Part shown: positions 31,113-39,380 of the stretch, one piece after another
Layout: every line of letters begins with the position of its first letter
Position numbering within the stretch: position 1 is the first letter of the stretch
Assembly (NCBI GenBank): GCA_963662315.1
Contig: OY759353.1
Coordinates: 2,528,001 to 2,592,000 of the forward strand
Reading direction: 5' to 3'
Length of the DNA stretch: 64,000 nt
Source of the DNA: Geopsychrobacteraceae bacterium
GTDB lineage: Bacteria; Desulfobacterota; Desulfuromonadia; Desulfuromonadales; Geopsychrobacteraceae
Made by a program: the position numbers and the translations under genes
Notes under the pieces: generated by a model
The model's input: only the letters and a program-made list of their open reading frames with translations
Told to the model about the DNA's origin: nothing
Database searches by the model: none

Positions 31113-31688
31113 TTACGACTCCAATGAAGAGGTTTTCCCAATAATTCTAGCAGGAACACCACCAGCAATTGATCCATCAGAAATATCTCTAGTTACAACA
31201 GCTCCAGAAGCAAGCAGACAAGATCTGCCTACTGTTACTCCTGCCGTTACAGTTACGCCGCTCGCAATCCAAGTTCCGCTACCAATCTTTATTCTCCCAC
31301 CTGCACCTTTTCCAAATCTTGCACTTCCATTTTCAAAAGTATGATTACTACTAATAATACTTACAAACGGACCAACCATAACTTCATTTTCAAAATACAC
31401 CCCTCCCCTGAGGCCGCTAACCCATGATCCATGTCCGATATACACATCATTTTCTACTTGTATGCCGCTAAGATGTTCTAATTTGGCATGCAAACCAACC
31501 TGAAAGTTTCGACCGCATTTTTTGAGAAACGGTTTATAAAGCATCCCTCGAATCTTACAACCCCAAGTATTCTCTGGAAAAATTTGACCTATGATTTCTA
31601 AAAATCTAAGGGGAAAACCTGAAATTAATGAAAAAATTATTTTAAACATAATACTTGGACCTTCCACATAAGTTTTAATCCACTTCAA
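31113..31688 (-). CDS. Hexapeptide-repeat O-acetyltransferase
   Basis: Left-handed beta-helix repeats ending GAVVTRDI...GGVPARII. Confidence 0.88.
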   Translation of the reverse strand: MKWIKTYVEGPSIMFKIIFSLISGFPLRFLEIIGQIFPENTWGCKIRGMLYKPFLKKCGRNFQVGLHAKLEHLSGIQVENDVYIGHGSWVSGLRGGVYFENEVMVGPFVSIISSNHTFENGSARFGKGAGGRIKIGSGTWIASGVTVTAGVTVGRSCLLASGAVVTRDISDGSIAGGVPARIIGKTSSLES

Positions 31689-31781
31689 AACTTAAATAAC
31701 TCCTCTTTTATCACTACTTTAAAAAGTAAAAAGAATCTTTCACCCATTTACATTGTCACTTCTTTGATTTGAAAACGAAGC

Positions 31782-31920
31782 GGCAGATTCAACTTGCAAG
31801 TGCACCATCATGAAGGACATCATGTCTTGTCCGATAGTTCAGGCATTTATGCGGCCTGTGGTTTGAGCGATGCACTGTTTCTCGAACCTGCTCCTTAGTA
31901 ATTGTGCGGTAGTCACTTTG
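31782..31920 (-). mobile_element. IS30-family right-end remnant (degraded transposase C-terminus plus terminal IR)
   Basis: Minus strand reads QSDYRTITKEQVRETVHRSNHRPHKCLNYRTRHDVLHDGALAS*, resembling the IS30 LNNRPRKCL.Y.TP..V...VAL tail, and ends in gcacttgcaagttgaatctgcc. Confidence 0.7.
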
Positions 31921-31929
31921 AACTAGAAT

Positions 31930-33450
31930 CTATCCTCGCCCTTTAGTAAATAATGTCAAGACTTCCTGCACTTTAAACCTAATTAAGAAAAGAAATATTA
32001 ATAGAAGCAGAATAAAAAAAATAACTGCCAAAATTGGTGTAAGAGGTTCCCCTAAAAAGGATAATGCGGCTGCAATCAACACTATGATCATGGCAATCCA
32101 GTATTCTCTAGGTGGAGACAACCGAATATCATCCAATGCCAAACGAACAATTGAAAAAAGACCTATCTGGCCAATAACGATCCCCACTGCCTTGCCTGCG
32201 ATAACTGCATATACCCCATATACGTCGAGTAAAACATAGGTAACTGCCAGTTGCATAGAAATCAGAGTAAGGCTGTTAGCTAAAAAAAGCCCTGTCCGCT
32301 CTTTAGCCATAATCAACATACCGTTAACGCTCCCTAAAGCGCCTATATGCACTGCAGCAGCAAGGAAGAGTAGATAGAAGTGTCTTTCTGCATACCAATC
32401 ACCAAATATTCTCGCGACTGGGTGACTAAAGAGAACCATCATGAGCGCAAGTGGTGTGCTGATGTTCAATATCACCCGACAGAGTTTTACATAGGCCTTA
32501 CCCAGTTCGACCTTTTCTTCATTTGCAACAAGGTACGAGAATGAAGCCAGCATGACTTGCCCTACTCGCTGGGGAATAAAGGTAATCAATTGCGCACACT
32601 GGGAAAGCACGAAATAAGCACCGAGTTCTTTAGTCCCTAGGGTGGTAAGGATAAATAATTGGTCAATACTAAGGTAAGCAAACGTTGAAATAGTATTCAA
32701 ATGGACGAATCCAGCAAACCGCCAAAAACCAAGGGGCAAAAACAACCGGATCGAAAACATAGATACAGACTTTATTACTTTGGTTGAACCAATAACTAAA
32801 ACCGTAAGGTTGGCCGCAGCAACTGCTAAAGTAAAAATAAATGCGGAACGATCTTGAATTAATTCAGGAAACATAAAAAATGCTGATGTCGCCAGAATAC
32901 AGATGAAAAAAAGTTGGAGTTGATTCAACACTGAAGAAAAGCGAAACTCCATTAACCCCGCCAATGAGAAAACGGCCATTTGTGCAAGCACAATAATTGG
33001 TGCAAGAAAAGAAAGAGCTTGTAGGGTACCTGGGTCAATCTGCTTACGGATCAAAAAACTGGCCATTCCAGGAAACAAATTCATCAGAACGACAAAAACG
33101 GTAACAGCAACAACTGAAATTAAAACATAGGTCACAAGAAAAGCTGACTTGTCTTCATCACGCTTTATTTTGGGTAAGAAATTCGTTACGACGCTACTTC
33201 CACCAAACAATGCAAAGGTAACTACAATTTGAATGAACAGTAGAAGAATCGCATAATTGCCAACAACTACTCCTGAGTCACCTATCCTAGCGAGTATCCA
33301 GTTTCGGTAGTAGGCAAGAGGAACCGCAGCAGCTGACGTCAATGTGACCCATAATGCCCCTCTCTTTGCAAGACGCTTAATTGCATTTGTCCCTAAGGGA
33401 TCATCATCGTTTTGCCCATAGGACTTTATATTATCATCTAATTTTCTCAA
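31930..33450 (-). CDS. Wzx-type polysaccharide flippase (MOP superfamily)
   Basis: About 13-14 TM segments, G.Y motifs in both halves, location in the cluster. Confidence 0.78.
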   Translation of the reverse strand: MRKLDDNIKSYGQNDDDPLGTNAIKRLAKRGALWVTLTSAAAVPLAYYRNWILARIGDSGVVVGNYAILLLFIQIVVTFALFGGSSVVTNFLPKIKRDEDKSAFLVTYVLISVVAVTVFVVLMNLFPGMASFLIRKQIDPGTLQALSFLAPIIVLAQMAVFSLAGLMEFRFSSVLNQLQLFFICILATSAFFMFPELIQDRSAFIFTLAVAAANLTVLVIGSTKVIKSVSMFSIRLFLPLGFWRFAGFVHLNTISTFAYLSIDQLFILTTLGTKELGAYFVLSQCAQLITFIPQRVGQVMLASFSYLVANEEKVELGKAYVKLCRVILNISTPLALMMVLFSHPVARIFGDWYAERHFYLLFLAAAVHIGALGSVNGMLIMAKERTGLFLANSLTLISMQLAVTYVLLDVYGVYAVIAGKAVGIVIGQIGLFSIVRLALDDIRLSPPREYWIAMIIVLIAAALSFLGEPLTPILAVIFFILLLLIFLFLIRFKVQEVLTLFTKGRG

Positions 33451-33464
33451 AAATCATTTCCACT

Positions 33465-34682
33465 TCACACTAAAACTGAAAGACTCAGAGCTTCTTCAGT
33501 AAATTTTCCCCATGTAAATCGTGAACAAGCATCAATCCGGGCCTGATGCGACATTTTAAAATACTGTGACCTCTCTAAAGAGAGAATCTCATCAATCTTC
33601 TCCCCTAATGCAGATGAGTTAATTTCACGCACCACCCCACCTGTTTCGCCATCTTTAATTATCTCATTCGTCGCAGTTAAAACACGATGCCCATCACCAG
33701 AAAAACCAACAACCGGCGTCCCACAAGCTAGCGATTCCAAATACACCTGACCAAAAGATTCCACTGTAGTTGGCAGAACACAAACACGGCTCATAGCATA
33801 AAAACCCGGTAGCATTTCGCTATGTGACCCCGCAAAAATTACTCTATTAGCAATTCCTAGAGAATATGCATATTCTTCAAGACGTTCTCTCTCAGAGCCA
33901 TTGCCAACCAAAAGAAGCTTTACCTTAATATTGAGAGTTGCTATGGCATCCATCAACAACGGAATATGTTTCGCACAGGAGAGCCTACCGACGTACAAAA
34001 CGATGGCTTCATGACGAGAGATATCATATTGTTCTTCGATAGCATCAAAAAAACTAGCCCCATTGGTCGGTGAAAAGACCTCGCTATCCACTCCTGGTGG
34101 AATCACCTGACATTTTTTGGCATTGGTTGGAAAGCCCTTTAACAATTGATCTCGCATGTTTTTACTGAACGCAACGGGCTGACAACAGCGAGACAATTCA
34201 CTCTCAATACGTTTAGAAGGGATAAAAGCAAAGGGCCATAAGCCCACAAGCATCAGTCGCCGCAACCCAGGAAGTCCATGTGTCTGAAGGAAGGTTCCTT
34301 TACAGTTCATCCAAGCATTAGTTGGGAAAATTTGTAATAACGGGCCATCATAACCTGCTCGCCGTATGCCTAATCCTACGGGTGCTGATCGGGACCAAAT
34401 AGCATCAGGTAGAAAGTCCACCAGTACATTGGTTATTCCTCGTTGCGCTGCCGCGACGCGGCTGGAAAATTGTTTATGAGGCCACCGCTCTGATTTACAA
34501 GGATAGCGGATAATTTCAACCCCCTCGTACTCCATACGCAATGGTTCCTCTGAAGTAAATTGAAAACAAAATATCTTTACTTCATGTCCTTCTTTAACAA
34601 GTTCACGAGCAATATAGCGCAAAGAATTTTCTACACCGCCAATTACAGGGTATGCAGTGCTATTTGCGAGAAGAATTTTCAT
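33465..34682 (-). CDS. Glycosyltransferase family 4
   Basis: GGVE, IPPGVD, YVGRL..K, ESFGQVYLESLACGTPVV. Confidence 0.9.
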   Translation of the reverse strand: MKILLANSTAYPVIGGVENSLRYIARELVKEGHEVKIFCFQFTSEEPLRMEYEGVEIIRYPCKSERWPHKQFSSRVAAAQRGITNVLVDFLPDAIWSRSAPVGLGIRRAGYDGPLLQIFPTNAWMNCKGTFLQTHGLPGLRRLMLVGLWPFAFIPSKRIESELSRCCQPVAFSKNMRDQLLKGFPTNAKKCQVIPPGVDSEVFSPTNGASFFDAIEEQYDISRHEAIVLYVGRLSCAKHIPLLMDAIATLNIKVKLLLVGNGSERERLEEYAYSLGIANRVIFAGSHSEMLPGFYAMSRVCVLPTTVESFGQVYLESLACGTPVVGFSGDGHRVLTATNEIIKDGETGGVVREINSSALGEKIDEILSLERSQYFKMSHQARIDACSRFTWGKFTEEALSLSVLV

Positions 34683-34751
34683 CTTTTACGTCTTCACTTC
34701 ACTCTCAAGTTCAAGTTTTAAATTGAAGCTGACACAGAATTCTGAACATCC

Positions 34752-34892
34752 TCAACTAATTACGACCAATTTTTCTGCTAAATCGTTACGAATTTGGTGC
34801 ATTTCATCTCGCAGGGACTGGCACCCTCCGATAATGAGACCAAACTTGCCACGGATATCTTCCAAGATAACTTCTAAATGTTCTTTTTTCAT
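34752..34892 (-). CDS. Small 46-aa coiled-coil-like ORF, possibly a truncated remnant; the IS is inserted in its RBS
   Basis: GGAGG-N5-ATG followed by MKKEHLEVILEDIRGKFGLIIGGCQSLRDEMHQIRNDLAEKLVVIS*. Confidence 0.4.
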   Translation of the reverse strand: MKKEHLEVILEDIRGKFGLIIGGCQSLRDEMHQIRNDLAEKLVVIS

Positions 34893-34903
34893 AATTCCCT
34901 CCC

Positions 34904-35142
34904 ATGAAAAGGCCCTCTGTCAAGCAGATTCTGAGGGCGCATTTGTAGTGTAAGTTTGCCCGAGCTACGGACAAAAATGGTTCGTTAACCTCCCATTCGG
35001 GCTCTGATGCCCATCATTCCGGTTCAAATCCGGCGTCCCAATCTCCAAGGCGGGATCGCTCTTCCCCATGGGGTATGCGGGCTTACCAGATTCGTCTGAA
35101 CCATTCGTGCAACAGAACGATTCCTAGTGAAACATGCTGTTG
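34904..35142 (-). ncRNA. Candidate bridge/seek RNA in the IS right non-coding end
   Basis: About 240-nt non-coding region after the transposase stop with several stems; loop sequences match the element's junction. Confidence 0.55.
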
Positions 35143-36177
35143 CTAAACAGGATATGGTGTTAATCGGGCGGGATCATAGTGAGCCCGATTTTTCAGAACA
35201 CCATATGCAATTGTCAGCAGCTTTCTTGCCAGGGCGACAATCGCGATCTTTTTGCCACGTCGCTTCATCAACCGTTCAAAGAACTGTCGCAACGGCCGCG
35301 AATCAAAGCTCTTCATCCGGGCAACCGTATGGGCACATTGTAGAAGGACCCGTCTGACATCATGCCGCCCATCCCGGTTAATTCGGCCTAAGTGCGTCAC
35401 AGATCCACTTTGATAGATCGTTGGTGTCAGTGCTCCGTATTTGGCGACTGCTTTGCGATCATCAAATCGAATCGCTTCGTCCAACGCCCCGAGTAGAACT
35501 CGCGATGTTAGCAGCCCGATACCGGGGATCGATTCCAACAACTCAAGGCGATCGTCTTTGACATTAACAATCTGTTCCGTTAGCTCGGCTTCGGTTTCCT
35601 GCAAAGCATCAATTGCCTGCATGTAGGCTGTTATTACAATCCGACCGGTCTTGCTGACAGCAACCTTATCAAGCCGCTCTCGCCAATCTATCCGACCGAA
35701 AAACTTCTCGGTGAGCCGAACGCCTTCTTGAAGCAACAACGCCCGAATACTGTTGATCAGTGCGATGCGTTTTCCCTGCACGGTCTGCCGAGCACTGGCG
35801 AGTTCGCGCAATCGTCTCACTGGACCCTCGACAATGTGAACCTTTCTCGGCAGGAGGCCACCTCGGGCCAGCTCAGCCATCTTACGAGCATCGACTTTGT
35901 CAGTCTTGCTGCTCGACTTGCTGATCCACTTTAGTTCGTTCGGATGGACCACATGCAGATCAACCTTGGCGATCCCCTGCAGCGTCTCGGCCAGCCACTT
36001 CATCTGGTTACCTGCCTCAAAGACGACCTTCATCGGCTCTGGTCCGAGGTCTTCGATCAGTTTTAAAAGAGCTGATTTAACCGGCGCTATCTCTCCTTGA
36101 AACACCAGATTCTTTTTACGGTCGATTGCATGGATCACAAAATTCTTGCTACTGATGTCAATTGCGACATACTTCAT
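35143..36177 (-). CDS. IS110-family DEDD recombinase/transposase
   Basis: AIDIS, FEAG, KTDKVDA (RuvC-like DEDD), SIPGIG, GALTPTIYQSG (catalytic Ser), K.AIVALARKL. Confidence 0.95.
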   Translation of the reverse strand: MKYVAIDISSKNFVIHAIDRKKNLVFQGEIAPVKSALLKLIEDLGPEPMKVVFEAGNQMKWLAETLQGIAKVDLHVVHPNELKWISKSSSKTDKVDARKMAELARGGLLPRKVHIVEGPVRRLRELASARQTVQGKRIALINSIRALLLQEGVRLTEKFFGRIDWRERLDKVAVSKTGRIVITAYMQAIDALQETEAELTEQIVNVKDDRLELLESIPGIGLLTSRVLLGALDEAIRFDDRKAVAKYGALTPTIYQSGSVTHLGRINRDGRHDVRRVLLQCAHTVARMKSFDSRPLRQFFERLMKRRGKKIAIVALARKLLTIAYGVLKNRAHYDPARLTPYPV

Positions 36178-36407
36178 TTGAAGGCCCCTTTCTCGTCGGT
36201 TGTTTTACTGTTGGCTTTGATACCCTCAGTTTAACAACTACGATTTGGGGCCTTCTTCATAGAATCTCCCTTTGCAACCCTGAAACCTATATTTGCAGGG
36301 TAGTTCAGGATAGACAGGATAAAACCTTATAGGCTTTTTAGGTTGTTATGCCTTTGCCCCTCATCCTGTCGTCCATCTTGTATATCCCTACCATCCAGCC
36401 TTTGACC

Positions 36408-37688
36408 TTAAAGCCGCAGATCAACCTGCTCAGCAGAAAATACATATTTCAAATCATACAAGACATGGTCATCCTTCCCATAAGATCGAATTTGTTCTAC
36501 CCCCACATCTGAAAACTGATGGTGAGCGACAGCAACAATGATGCCGTCATAGGTATTCAATTCAGGAGAATCGATAACAGACAAACCGTACTCTTCCAAT
36601 GCTTCAGTCTTATCAACCCATGGGTCATACACATCGACATTCACATGCATTCCTTTGAGCTCATCGATGATATCGACAACCTTGGTATTACGTAGGTCTG
36701 GGCAATTCTCCTTAAACGTCAGCCCCATAATAAGAATTTTTGCACCGCTAACGTGAATACGTTTTTTAAGCATTGCCTTGATCAGCTGCGAGGCAACATA
36801 ACTGCCCATGGAATCGTTGATCCGCCGCCCGGCTAATATCATGGCAGGATGGTAACCAATGGCCTGGGCTTTGTGGGTGAGATAATAGGGATCAACACCG
36901 ATACAGTGTCCCCCAACCAGCCCTGGTCTGAAGGGCAGGAAATTCCATTTTGAGCCGGCTGCTTTTAATACCGCTTCCGTATCAATGCCCATCCGGTTGA
37001 ATATGAGAGACAGCTCGTTAATCAGGGCGATATTTACATCTCGTTGGGTATTTTCAATGACTTTAGCTGCCTCGGCGACCTTGATGCTTTCTGCTTTATG
37101 GGTTCCAGCCATGATAATCGAGCAATACAATTCATCGACAAACTGAGCGATTTCCGGAGTGGATCCAGAGGTCACCTTTTTGATTGTTGTTACCCGGTGC
37201 TCTTTGTCCCCTGGGTTTATCCGCTCGGGACTATAACCAACATAAAAATCGTGGTTGAATTTCAACCCGGAAACCTGTTCCAGTACCGGGACGCAATCTT
37301 CTTCTGTCGCACCTGGATAGACCGTTGATTCATAGATGACAACATCTCCAGTTTTCAACACCTTACCAATCGTCTCGCTTGCCTTGTACAAAGGTGTAAG
37401 ATCTGGACGTTTATAGCGATCAATGGGGGTTGGTACTGTTACGATATAAACAGTTGCTTTAGCTAATTCCTTCAACTCCGATGTGTAAGATAGTTTATCG
37501 GAAGCTCTCAACTCTTCATCATCAACCTCCAGAGTGCTATCATGCCCGCGCCACAACTCATCAAGACGCGTCTGATTAATATCAAAACCTATGGTCTTAT
37601 ATTTTTTTCCAAATTCAACGGCCAATGGCAGGCCAACATAGCCAAGTCCAACGATAGCAACAACAACATCACCATTCATAAATTTCAT
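36408..37688 (-). CDS. UDP-N-acetylhexosamine 6-dehydrogenase (TviB/WbpO family)
   Basis: [47 protein letters not shown]. Confidence 0.93.
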   Translation of the reverse strand: MKFMNGDVVVAIVGLGYVGLPLAVEFGKKYKTIGFDINQTRLDELWRGHDSTLEVDDEELRASDKLSYTSELKELAKATVYIVTVPTPIDRYKRPDLTPLYKASETIGKVLKTGDVVIYESTVYPGATEEDCVPVLEQVSGLKFNHDFYVGYSPERINPGDKEHRVTTIKKVTSGSTPEIAQFVDELYCSIIMAGTHKAESIKVAEAAKVIENTQRDVNIALINELSLIFNRMGIDTEAVLKAAGSKWNFLPFRPGLVGGHCIGVDPYYLTHKAQAIGYHPAMILAGRRINDSMGSYVASQLIKAMLKKRIHVSGAKILIMGLTFKENCPDLRNTKVVDIIDELKGMHVNVDVYDPWVDKTEALEEYGLSVIDSPELNTYDGIIVAVAHHQFSDVGVEQIRSYGKDDHVLYDLKYVFSAEQVDLRL

Positions 37689-37867
37689 TTTCCTGTAACA
37701 CATGAATTGCCAGTTAAAGCATGGCTCGATTCTTTGATCAGGTAATAATCTAACGCCCTTTTACTGATACAGTTCGTCAAATAACTGTAAACAGATTCTC
37801 TGTTACAATGGCTTTTATTATCTTTAACTGCGCCATATTGGCATTCTTGACATACTTTTAAATACAT
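37685..37867 (-). CDS. Small Cys-rich hypothetical protein (60 aa)
   Basis: ggagagggg [12 protein letters not shown]...HC.RE..YS..TNC; TGA overlaps the next ATG (ATGA). Confidence 0.55.
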   Translation of the reverse strand: MYLKVCQECQYGAVKDNKSHCNRESVYSYLTNCISKRALDYYLIKESSHALTGNSCVTGK

Positions 37868-38005
37868 CCCCTCTCCCTGCATTTTGTCGAACGCTGATAA
37901 CAGCGGACAGGACCACAAAAACATATTTGTAGATGTAAGACCTTCAATATTGAAATTCACTGGTACTATCCGCGTGTATCTGATCTTATCTGCGTTCTAT
38001 TATGC

Positions 38006-39232
38006 CTAAATTTTTGTTTTTCTAAAGGACAACTGCGCTTTTATCTGCTCCCAAAGTTGCCGGTCCGGCCCCTGCAGACTACTCCCAAAACCACGGACAA
38101 AAGCAACAATCAACGACAGGAATCCGGCACAAAAGGTTGCCAGAATGACGATCAAGGCTCTTTTGGGCTTACTTTTACGGTCAGGAGGAGTTGCCTCATC
38201 AAGAACCTGAATGGTTGAAGTATTTTTCGCTTCATTAATCTTGGCGACTTCGTATTGCTTGACGAGCAATTCATACAAGGTTTCCTGCACTTTAAAATTA
38301 CGCAATAATCGCGCATATTTAACACCTAGTTCAGGGACTTCAGAGGTGGATAAAAAGATATCATCAGAAACTTTTTTACCTTCCGGAGATCGTTCCAAAC
38401 GTGAAATCTGATCCTTGATTTGAACGATTCCTTCACGCAGAGCCATAACTTGCGGATTCTGTTCGGTCTGCGACGACAGCAGAACCCCCAACTCAACTTC
38501 TTTACTTGCCAATTCGCCCTTTAATGACGCAATCGCCTCGATAATGGCACTGGCTTGGGCATCAATACGAATCGCCTTGTTTTTTTCCTGAAACTCCTTA
38601 AGAGCATCTTCGGCGTTCGCCAAATCCGTTTTCACAAGCTGGAGTCTTTCTTCCAGAAAAACTCGTTCTCGTCCAGCATTGTGTAAATTAATTTTCCCAT
38701 TAAGCTTTTCCAACTCATCAATGTAGGCGTTGACAACCTTAGCAGCAAATTGCGGGTCTTTATCTTGATAACTTACAATTAAAAAACCATCATCCTTGCC
38801 AAGAGAAAACGAAGCTTTTCCTGCAAGGGCTTTGTAGGCACCACTGCGGGTCTTCCATTTATAATAATCCATCAAATTGAAACGCTCGATAATTGCATCA
38901 CTGATTGTTCTGCTTTTGAGCATACCGACATAAAGGTCACCCATTGAATTTCGTCCAACAGAAATACCTGCTAAAGAGGCAAGGCCCCCCATATTCCCAA
39001 GCATGGAACTTAATCCACCGGATTCTTTTTGGGGAGGAAGAATGCGCGCTGTCGCCGTGTAAATATTAGGCATTAACAAGGTAAGCCCACAGACCACAAT
39101 GAAGGTCACCAAGCAGGTAAAAAGGATCATTTTTTTATGTTTAACGATGACCAGGAGAAGCTCCAGGAGATTGATTTCGTCATCTGCCGGTTGCTGGGGC
39201 GGGATGTTTTCTGGTGCGGTGTTTTCTGACAT
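38006..39232 (-). CDS. Wzz/GumC-family polysaccharide co-polymerase without kinase domain
   Basis: DEINL, two TM helices flanking a coiled-coil, VLDEATPP..KSKPKR. Confidence 0.88.
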   Translation of the reverse strand: MSENTAPENIPPQQPADDEINLLELLLVIVKHKKMILFTCLVTFIVVCGLTLLMPNIYTATARILPPQKESGGLSSMLGNMGGLASLAGISVGRNSMGDLYVGMLKSRTISDAIIERFNLMDYYKWKTRSGAYKALAGKASFSLGKDDGFLIVSYQDKDPQFAAKVVNAYIDELEKLNGKINLHNAGRERVFLEERLQLVKTDLANAEDALKEFQEKNKAIRIDAQASAIIEAIASLKGELASKEVELGVLLSSQTEQNPQVMALREGIVQIKDQISRLERSPEGKKVSDDIFLSTSEVPELGVKYARLLRNFKVQETLYELLVKQYEVAKINEAKNTSTIQVLDEATPPDRKSKPKRALIVILATFCAGFLSLIVAFVRGFGSSLQGPDRQLWEQIKAQLSFRKTKI

Positions 39233-39269
39233 TATATAAATTCCATAAAGCTAAGTTATAAATGCAACT

Positions 39270-39371
39270 CACCGCAAAGGCGCGAAGAGCGCAAAGTTTT
39301 TTTTAAGATGCTTGGGGACTTAACCCCTAAAACCCTTGACTTTCCTTGCCTTTCCTTTGCGTCTCTGCGGT
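39270..39371. repeat. Intergenic inverted repeat with CACCGCAAAGGCGC arms (copy 2)
   Basis: caccgcaaaggcgcgaagagcgcaaag ... ctttgcgtctctgcggt. Confidence 0.7.
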
Positions 39372-39380
39372 TAACAAAGA

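Larger units (their letters stand above)
34901..36267 (-). mobile_element. IS110-family, IS1111-type insertion sequence (about 1367 bp)
   Basis: Sub-terminal IRs atgaaaaggccc (34904-34915) and gggccttcttcat (36248-36260); ends placed 3 and 7 nt outside the IRs by IS1111 convention; CTCCC shared at both junctions; long 3' non-coding end. Confidence 0.8.
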
